Source: Candidatus Hermodarchaeota archaeon
GTDB lineage: Archaea; Asgardarchaeota; Heimdallarchaeia; Hodarchaeales; Hodarchaeaceae
NCBI GenBank assembly: GCA_048886185.1
Contig: JBHLKY010000037.1
Span: forward strand, 1 to 26,093
DNA: 26,093 nucleotides
Direction: 5' to 3'
Part shown: piece after piece, positions 8,573-16,021 of the stretch
Layout: the number at the start of each line of letters is the position of its first letter
Position numbering within the stretch: position 1 is the first letter of the stretch
The notes under the pieces: generated by a model
The model's input: the letters and a program-made list of their open reading frames with translations, nothing else
What the model was told of the DNA's origin: nothing
Database searches by the model: none
Translations under genes and position numbers: made by a program

Positions 8573-9616
8573 TCACTCAATACTAATTACTACTCGACCA
8601 GCAGAATGACCTGTTTCATAATGTCGATGAGCTTCGATAATTTGGCTTAATGGGTAAATAGTATCAATAACTGGTTTAATTTTACCATCTTCAATCCAAT
8701 TCCTAATAAGTTCCATAGCTGAAGGACTTTCATCTGCAGTTCCAGTTTTAAATCTCTTATTTCTCGTTATAATATGAAAAATATTTCTTGGACTGTTAGC
8801 TGGATTATTAGAAATGTAGATTCCATCCGAAGTTAGAATACGCTTACATTTAGAAAGATTCTGAACTGCAACTACATCTAATATAATATCATATTGAATA
8901 TCATTTTTTGTATAAGCTTCCTTAGAATAATCAATTACATGATCCGCTCCAATACTCTTTACTAATTCAATATTATTTGGTCCACAGACACCAGTAACCT
9001 CGGCACCATAAACATTTTTAGCCATTTGAATAGCAAAAGTACCTATTCCTGACGAACCTCCAATAATGAGGACTTTTTGACCTTGTTTTGGTGTCACTAA
9101 ATCTCTAAATGCTTTCAAGGCTGGTGTGGAACCACCTGGGACTGCAGCAGCTTCAAGAAAATTCAAATTTGTTGGTTTTTTTGCTAAATGACATTCTGGA
9201 ATAGCAACATACTCAGCAGTTGTTCCAGCATTTTCTGAAAAGCCATAAACATGGTCACCTATTTTCCATTTTGTAACATCTTTTCCTAATGAAACAATTT
9301 CACCAGAAAATCCTGATCCAGGGATTTTTTGTTTAGGTTTACGAATACCTCCAAAATATAATCGGAGAAAGAATCCCATTACTTTCTTTAGACCAAAAAA
9401 TACTACCTTGGGAGCTTTTCCTCCACGATGGAGGACATCTCCAGTATTAATCGAGGTCCCATAATTTCTTATTAGAACTTCATTATCGTTTGGTCGTGGA
9501 ATGCTTATTTCTTTTATCTCAAGAATCTCAGGGGGCCCGAATTTTGGAATCCAAGCTGCCTTCATATTCTGATTCTCATTACCACTGTCATTTTCGATTG
9601 TTTTCACGTTTTTCAC
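8573..9616 (-). CDS. NAD(P)-dependent oxidoreductase, MDR/quinone-oxidoreductase-like (zinc-independent ADH superfamily)
   Basis: MKAAW..FGPPEILEIKEI..P.P.DNEVLI, GFSGEIVSLGKDVTKWKIGD.VYG, Rossmann motif GGSSGIGTFAIQ, KIKPVIDTIYPLSQI.EAH..YE.GH..GRVVI. No catalytic-zinc Cys set is seen. Start is the GTG at 9616 or the downstream ATG of MKAAW. Confidence 0.9.
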   Translation of the reverse strand: MKNVKTIENDSGNENQNMKAAWIPKFGPPEILEIKEISIPRPNDNEVLIRNYGTSINTGDVLHRGGKAPKVVFFGLKKVMGFFLRLYFGGIRKPKQKIPGSGFSGEIVSLGKDVTKWKIGDHVYGFSENAGTTAEYVAIPECHLAKKPTNLNFLEAAAVPGGSTPALKAFRDLVTPKQGQKVLIIGGSSGIGTFAIQMAKNVYGAEVTGVCGPNNIELVKSIGADHVIDYSKEAYTKNDIQYDIILDVVAVQNLSKCKRILTSDGIYISNNPANSPRNIFHIITRNKRFKTGTADESPSAMELIRNWIEDGKIKPVIDTIYPLSQIIEAHRHYETGHSAGRVVISIE

Positions 9617-9860
9617 CTAGTTTGCTTTGATATAATGTCTGACATTTATTTTCGTGGAATTATCCTTTCTGTTCAAAAGGCTGAATTAGCAACACTGTTT
9701 ATTGTTTCACATCACAGACATGATCAAAAGAGATAGGACTAATTTTCATTACAACCGATCTTGGGTATGATATTAATATGAATTTGAGATCCAATCATAA
9801 TCATTAAATACTCCTTATCTTTCCCCATGTATTCCATTATAACAAAAATTAGAGCTTTTT

Positions 9861-10982
9861 ATGGATTATAAGGCTGTATATCGGAGAATCTCAAAATTGA
9901 CAGAAACATTAGATACTTATGAAAGATTGGCTGAAACTCTGAATAAAATTCCAAACGGTTTTGCTAAAACTGAGGATGAAACACACCTGAAAGTTCTCCA
10001 GTGGATTTATACCCCAGATGAAGCAGATATCGCTAGTAAAATGAAGCTAATACCTGAAACAGTTGAAGAATTTTCTTTAAGAGTGAATCTCCCTATTGAA
10101 GGATTATCTAAAAAACTTGAAAACATGGCTAAGAAAGGCCAGATCAATGCTATTGACACAAGGAATGGAAGACGTTATGGTATTATGCCTTTCGTTGTGG
10201 GAATCTATGAGGAACAGTTGGAGAGAATGGATCCAGAATTTGCTCAATTAATTGAAGAGTATTTTCAAAAAGCTGAAAGCAATAACTTGTTTGACACAAA
10301 ACCATCAATATTCCGTGTAATTCCAATAAATCAAGTAATAAATCCCGAGCTTACGATCCACACTTATGAAGAAGCTGAAGATATAATTAATGAAGCTAAG
10401 AGTTGGGGGATTAGAGAATGCATATGTAAAAAACAAAAGAGCTTACTTGGCAAACCTTGTAAATATCCTACAACAGTATGCTTAACTTTCTCGCGAAGAG
10501 AAAATGCTTACAATGACGAATCATTGTCAAAACCCGTTACAAAAGAGAGAGCACTTGAAATCCTACAAGATGCTGAGGAAGCGGGTCTTGTTCATTGTAC
10601 TATGAATATTCAATCAGGGCACTACTACATTTGTAATTGTTGTACATGCTGTTGTGGTGTGCTTCGAAGCCTTACTGAAAGAAACCAGCCACACGCATTT
10701 GTAAAAGCGAATTTCATTATGAGTGTTGATGAGGAGCTGTGTACAGGGTGTGCTAGTTGTGTTGACAGATGTCAATTTGATGCTTTAGATGTTACAGAAG
10801 AGATTTGTGAAGTTGATCATCAGAGATGCATCGGTTGTGGTGTTTGTGCTATTATCTGTCCAGAAGAGGCTCTTAGTTTAATTACACGACATCCCTTGGA
10901 ACCAGAACCCCCAAGAACCTTTAAGGATTGGATGAATCAGAAAGCGATATCCAGACATGTAGATCCTTCAGATTTACTTTAA
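9861..10982 (+). CDS. 4Fe-4S dicluster (ferredoxin) domain protein with N-terminal helical domain and Cys-rich middle domain
   Basis: C-terminal CTGCASCVDRC and CIGCGVCAIICP (two CxxCxxCxxxC motifs). Middle RECIC...PC......C and ICNCCTCCCG. N-terminal YERLAETL...PNGF..TE....L..L..IYTPDEA. Confidence 0.88.
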   Translation: MDYKAVYRRISKLTETLDTYERLAETLNKIPNGFAKTEDETHLKVLQWIYTPDEADIASKMKLIPETVEEFSLRVNLPIEGLSKKLENMAKKGQINAIDTRNGRRYGIMPFVVGIYEEQLERMDPEFAQLIEEYFQKAESNNLFDTKPSIFRVIPINQVINPELTIHTYEEAEDIINEAKSWGIRECICKKQKSLLGKPCKYPTTVCLTFSRRENAYNDESLSKPVTKERALEILQDAEEAGLVHCTMNIQSGHYYICNCCTCCCGVLRSLTERNQPHAFVKANFIMSVDEELCTGCASCVDRCQFDALDVTEEICEVDHQRCIGCGVCAIICPEEALSLITRHPLEPEPPRTFKDWMNQKAISRHVDPSDLL

Positions 10983-11096
10983 CAAATTATAGCTTTCATA
11001 TTCTTTTAAAAAATCCTTTGAACCAAAGTTTTAAAACATTGGATTTTATTAGATGAGCTGGGACTTTCTAGAGGGAGATCTATTTTGATACTTCCC

Positions 11097-12365
11097 TTAT
11101 CCTACTACCCTCTTTGCTCCAGGAATTCTTCGAATGACCAAATGGCTCAACCCGAAACACAATATAAGAGTTATACCTAAGATTCCAATGAATTTGACTA
11201 GTGGGTGCAGAATTATACCTGATAGTGAAATGGAAGTCACAACTAGAACTGGTGCATGGATAATATAGACTGTGTATGCATTTTGAGATAACATTCGAGT
11301 AAATGTGTTCTGATCATTGAATTTTTTCCGAAAAATTGGAATTAAGCTAATGCAAATCGCAAAACAATTGATTGAACCCCAGATAGACCAAAGAAGAGAT
11401 TCCCAACTAAAGCCTCCCAAATAAACGGAAATGTCATCTTCAAACGCTCCAGTAAGAAAGATAAATCCAATCAGAATAATAATAGATCCTAGAACAACTT
11501 TCAACCAGAATTTTCCTTGGGATTCAGAAATTCTACTAAGCCAATTTTGCTGATAAGCAACAATCCCTAAAATAAACATACTGACGTAGGAGATAAAGTC
11601 ACCAAGAGGTAAATAAAAGATAATTGGTGAAATTAATTCAACTGGACTGTCTGATGGGATAAAAATTCGAACTAGAAAAGTTAACAGTCCTACTAAAGCT
11701 ATTACCAAAAAGATTTGCTTAATACTTGGAACTTCATTTTGATAATGTTCCTGACTGACTAAAATTGTCTTAAATCGCTCAGTACTAGTTAGTACTCTCC
11801 AAATTGTATAACAAATAGCTAGAATCAATAATGCTTGGACAAACCATAGTGGCCCTGCATTAAGAATAATACCTTTTTTTAAAAGTAGTGTATAAAATTC
11901 CAAGAGGGAATATTCGACACCAAATACCGTAAAATTCCGATAATAAATTAAGAGTGGTATAATAATGGTAACAAAGCTTAAAAAGGGAATTCCAAGGCGT
12001 ATAAATCGATCTTTTAGATACACCACAGAACCTTTACGGTTATAACTCCCAGGGGTGAAATAGCCGCTCAATAGAAAAAATGCGGCCATAAAGAACGAGG
12101 AATTTATTGCTGTTACAATTGTTAACAGAATTGAGGTAAGAGGATCATTCGATCCTTCGAGATAGGTGGCGTAGTAATACCACGAACCGTAAGCACCATA
12201 TGTTATAGCAGTGTGATGGAGAACTACGAGAACTGTAAGAAATACTTTTAAGTTATCAAGATAATGAACTCGTGTTAAATGCGTTTGAAATGTCTGTTTA
12301 AACATCTCGGATGTTTTCTCAACAGAATACTGCGTTCTTTGTTCATGAATTAAGATATTATCCAT
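11097..12365 (-). CDS. Acyltransferase family 3 (OpgC/MdoC-like) polytopic membrane protein
   Basis: R.HYLDNLKVFLTVLVVLHH, FFMAAFFLLSGYF, KDRFIRLGIPF, GPLWFV..L, S.NAYTVYIIH; about 10 hydrophobic segments. Confidence 0.88.
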   Translation of the reverse strand: MDNILIHEQRTQYSVEKTSEMFKQTFQTHLTRVHYLDNLKVFLTVLVVLHHTAITYGAYGSWYYYATYLEGSNDPLTSILLTIVTAINSSFFMAAFFLLSGYFTPGSYNRKGSVVYLKDRFIRLGIPFLSFVTIIIPLLIYYRNFTVFGVEYSLLEFYTLLLKKGIILNAGPLWFVQALLILAICYTIWRVLTSTERFKTILVSQEHYQNEVPSIKQIFLVIALVGLLTFLVRIFIPSDSPVELISPIIFYLPLGDFISYVSMFILGIVAYQQNWLSRISESQGKFWLKVVLGSIIILIGFIFLTGAFEDDISVYLGGFSWESLLWSIWGSINCFAICISLIPIFRKKFNDQNTFTRMLSQNAYTVYIIHAPVLVVTSISLSGIILHPLVKFIGILGITLILCFGLSHLVIRRIPGAKRVVG

Positions 12366-12689
12366 TTTAAACCATCAATGAGCTCTTATTATCTAAGAAG
12401 TTCCTTCTTCCAGTTTCTCCTATCTAATCAAAAAAAAAAAAGACTAATTTAATACTATTGATTGGTGCAATGGCTTTTTTAAAGAAAAAACGTGTTCTAA
12501 ATTAAAGAACAATATGTTTTAATTTTTTTTGAGTAAATGTAATTCTCATTCAAAGGTTAAAAATGTCCTACTACTAGCTGCTAGCTAAAGGGGGCTTACT
12601 TTCAACAGGAAATCCCAACGCATCTCCAAGGTATTGGCCTATTAAACAACCCTGAAATTGGAAAGTGGACGGTTTCATTTGATTCCCAT

Positions 12690-13181
12690 TCATTTATTTG
12701 TTCGCAAAATAAGAAGACTGCACTCTTCAAGAACATTCCGAAAAACATGGATTTCATCCGCAAACATTTCATAATAAGAGACATTCAACTCTTTTGCTAA
12801 TTTCACTCCTTCTTCTGTAGTTACTGTCTCGGATTCGCTATTTATCCCCAATAGAATAATTGGCGGATAAGATGAAACAATTTTTCGATATTCGTGATAA
12901 TGTGCTTTTGCCGCTTCAAACGAAAGGCGATTTTCCTTATCAAAAAGGATTATCGCCCCAAAGGAATCAGTTAAAGTTCTGGTCAAGTAAAGATTATTAC
13001 CGCGGACTGGAGTAATCCAAATACTTCGGATAATGTTTTGGCTATTTATTTCAATGTCTTCCCTTATGTAATTACCAATATTTATCAAGTAATCTGGCGT
13101 TTTTGTAAGTAAATAATCACGAATTATCTTGGAAGAAAGTAATGGATCAGCAATAATATTTATTTTGATGGTCTTGGGCAT
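12690..13181 (-). CDS. Rab/Ras-fold small GTPase-like protein with degenerate G-motifs (putative pseudo-GTPase)
   Basis: Rab-like scaffold segments KINII, SIW, GAIILFD.ENRLSFE, PPIILLG and VTTEEG..LAKEL.VSYYE occur in the expected order. GxxxxGKS, DxxG, NKxD and SAK are absent. Confidence 0.72.
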   Translation of the reverse strand: MPKTIKINIIADPLLSSKIIRDYLLTKTPDYLINIGNYIREDIEINSQNIIRSIWITPVRGNNLYLTRTLTDSFGAIILFDKENRLSFEAAKAHYHEYRKIVSSYPPIILLGINSESETVTTEEGVKLAKELNVSYYEMFADEIHVFRNVLEECSLLILRTNK

Positions 13182-13752
13182 TAGTATTATATTACAAACC
13201 TCTTATTCATAAAGCTAATGTAAATTTTAAAAGGTTCTAATTCTTACAACATATACAGACATTTTTTCATGGAGCTAGTTATTTGACGAGATTAACTCTT
13301 CTATCTTCGTCGCAAGACTAACGTCAAGATCGAAACATCAAAGAAAGAATACTTATTCCTGATATTACAATAAGATTAAATGAATTTCCGATAGAAATAA
13401 AGTATCTAAAAAGTGTAAAAAGAAAATGCATGTATGACACTATTTCACTGATGGATCATCATCAGAGAATGAAAATTTTAAAAAAAACAGATAATTTTTT
13501 CTCAAAAACAGGGGATCTTCATTTATCAGATTTAAAAAAACATTTAAAAGATTTCCAGCAATAGAAGCTTGTAATTAATCTTCTCCTAAATCCTAGACAT
13601 CCCTCTCCTCGTAGATAAGGCTTTTCCTTGAATCTTAAGTGCAGTAATCTATATCTTTTTTTAAATCCCAATGAGCCACATTTTGCTGTTTTTTAAGATC
13701 AATCTCACTTGCTGTGTGTCTAATTATAATCTCTTGAGCATTAAAACGACTG

Positions 13753-14907
13753 GTGAAGACAATGAAAAGAATAGTATTTTTTATCCTCATAGTACTATCA
13801 GCTCTATTATTAATTTTTCTTTTTGCGGCTCTCTTCCAAATGACTGAAACGGATGAATCCGAAATTGATCCTAATTCTCCTCCAGTTCCTGAATTTAAAG
13901 ATCATATTATACAAAGTGGATTATTTGGTCCTCTCTATGTGTCAACAATAGATTTAGACCAGGATTCCGATAATGATATTTTAGCAACAATCTTTCACGA
14001 GAACAAAGTTGTTTGGTATGAGAATAGAGGGAATAAAAATTTTCAGGAACATGTTATTGATAATGATTGTAAGCAAGCAGCTTGTGTTCATGGAACCGAT
14101 CTTGATAATGATGGTGATCTTGATATCATAGCCTCCTCTGTAGTAGAAGGCATTTTTTATTACAAAAACCTTGGAAACAACTATTTTGAACAGTTTCCAC
14201 TCAATGAATCCCTAGTTGATTGTTTTATTATCATACCAGTCGATGTGAATCATGATAACCTTATTGATATAGTTGCAGCACAACGAACAAATATTACCGT
14301 CTTATGGATCAATCAGGGCAATTTTTTCTTCACTCGACACACATTAACTGATAATCCAAATATGGTTAGGTATGTTTGTTCTGCAGATCTAGATAATGAT
14401 CAAGATGTTGATATAGCAGCAATATCTGTTAATGGTTATATATTCTGGTTAGAAAATCAAGGCTTCGTCAATTTCTCACAACATAATATTGAATCAGGTT
14501 ATATGGGAGGTCACGGTATTTATGCATGTGATTTTGATAATGATGATGATATTGACATAATTACGTGTGCAAGTGAAAATAATGAAGTTAATTGGTTTGA
14601 AAATAATGGGAGTGGTAATTTTTCAAAAAATGATATAGATACACAAACTCTAGATCCTGGATATGTTCATTGCTCAGACCTAAATAATAATGGATTTGTA
14701 GATATTATTGGAATGTCGTTTGAATTTAAACAGTTGTTCTGGTGGCAACATTTAGAGAATCACAGTTGTATTCGCCACATCATACACGAAGATTACGCAG
14801 GAACTATGTGTACGACTGGAGACATTGATAATGATGGGGACATGGATATTGTTGCTAGTGATTATCTCAATGGATTTATCTATTGGTGGGAAAATCTTCT
14901 AATATGA
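13753..14907 (+). CDS. N-terminally membrane-anchored FG-GAP/VCBS-repeat beta-propeller protein (7 repeats)
   Basis: Hydrophobic N-terminus MKRIVFFILIVLSALLLIFLFAALF; seven D(L/I/V/F)(D/N)xDxxxDI-type motifs, each followed by (W/Y).EN.G...F..H.I-type segments. The start may be the ATG at 13762. Confidence 0.88.
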   Translation: MKTMKRIVFFILIVLSALLLIFLFAALFQMTETDESEIDPNSPPVPEFKDHIIQSGLFGPLYVSTIDLDQDSDNDILATIFHENKVVWYENRGNKNFQEHVIDNDCKQAACVHGTDLDNDGDLDIIASSVVEGIFYYKNLGNNYFEQFPLNESLVDCFIIIPVDVNHDNLIDIVAAQRTNITVLWINQGNFFFTRHTLTDNPNMVRYVCSADLDNDQDVDIAAISVNGYIFWLENQGFVNFSQHNIESGYMGGHGIYACDFDNDDDIDIITCASENNEVNWFENNGSGNFSKNDIDTQTLDPGYVHCSDLNNNGFVDIIGMSFEFKQLFWWQHLENHSCIRHIIHEDYAGTMCTTGDIDNDGDMDIVASDYLNGFIYWWENLLI

Positions 14908-15202
14908 TCAAGGCATTACAAAGTGAGATGATGGATTACAATTCTACTCCAAAAAATCCAATACCATAAAATAAGATAACCGCAGCTCAAATATATCTGT
15001 AATTGATCAAGCATGGATATGTCTCCACTCCATTCATTATCTGGAGATTTCAATTAAAAAATATGTGGAATATTTTACTCCGTTGTAGTTTTACTAGAAA
15101 TCCAACCGATAATGGATGAATCTTGGGGGGGTGATTCTCAATTTCGAAAGGCAGCACACAGAATTCGATATTAATTGCCTAATTCGAATATCATATTAAA
15201 AC

Positions 15203-16012
15203 TTGAAGGATCGAATTATTGTCTTCGATATCAGCGTGATAATTATGAGTAGAAGTACAGTAAAAGAATCCCAGAAGAAATTGGGTTCTCTAGAATCATT
15301 TCAAACTCCTTTAGCTATTCATGCTGCTCATCTATCTAAAATTTTCAATAGTGGACAGCAAGTTATCGCACTTAATGATGTTAGTCTTTCCATTGAGGAA
15401 GGATCTTTCGTTGGCATTGTTGGTGCCTCGGGTAGTGGAAAATCAACCCTTCTTCATCTTTTAGCAGGCTTAGATCGTCCCACAAAGGTTAATGGACAAA
15501 TCTTAGAAGTTGAAGGAAGATCGTTACTTGGCCGCTCAGAAAGTTGGTTAGCTTCTTTTCGTGCTCACAACATTGGATTTGTTTTACAATTCTTTGGTTT
15601 ACTTCCTACTCTGAATACTCTTGAAAATGTGATGATAGCCTCGTATTTTGGTGGAAGTAAGAGAACAACGAGGAGGAAAATCTCCGAGGAGATCCTCAGA
15701 TTAGTTGGTTTAGACGATCGTATGCGTCATTTTCCCAATCAATTATCAGGTGGACAGAAACAACGAGTAGCAATAGCTCGTGCGTTGGTGAATAATCCTT
15801 CAATCCTTTTCGCCGACGAACCTACAGGAAATCTTGATACAAAGAACGGGAAAGAAATTTTTGAACTTCTGAGAAAGTTAAATAGCGAAAATGGTCTAAC
15901 AATTGTCTTGGCTAGTCATGATACCGCTATTTTCGATTATTCCAGTCGTTTGATCGAAATTACTGATGGTAGAATCATCAGTGATAAAAATACAGGTAAT
16001 ATGGATTACTGA
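15203..16012 (+). CDS. ABC transporter ATP-binding protein, LolD/MacB/FtsE family
   Basis: Walker A GASGSGKST, signature LSGGQKQR, Walker B ILFADEPTGNLD, H-switch ASHD. The ATG at 15245 (MSRST) is a more likely start than the TTG at 15203. Confidence 0.95.
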   Translation: MKDRIIVFDISVIIMSRSTVKESQKKLGSLESFQTPLAIHAAHLSKIFNSGQQVIALNDVSLSIEEGSFVGIVGASGSGKSTLLHLLAGLDRPTKVNGQILEVEGRSLLGRSESWLASFRAHNIGFVLQFFGLLPTLNTLENVMIASYFGGSKRTTRRKISEEILRLVGLDDRMRHFPNQLSGGQKQRVAIARALVNNPSILFADEPTGNLDTKNGKEIFELLRKLNSENGLTIVLASHDTAIFDYSSRLIEITDGRIISDKNTGNMDY

Positions 16013-16021
16013 TAGCTTTAA

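Noticed and set aside
12430-12441. A12 homopolymer as a phase-variation tract
   Set aside because: It is intergenic, so it cannot shift a frame. It is more simply a minus-strand oligo-T terminator or an assembly homopolymer, and I have no evidence of length variation.
12493-12511. TGTTCT-N7-AGAACA inverted repeat upstream of the acyltransferase
   Set aside because: A single 6-bp-arm repeat in very AT-rich DNA with no second copy in the window is compatible with chance.
12602-12784. 60-aa minus-strand ORF overlapping the 3' end of the Rab-like gene
   Set aside because: It overlaps a better-supported gene by 95 nt and has no motif or clear RBS.
6853-13181. Receptor longin tail and pseudo-GTPase 1 as a single operon
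   Set aside because: They are on opposite strands and separated by four unrelated genes. Any functional link is hypothesis only, and a GAP would need an active GTPase, which is not encoded in this window.
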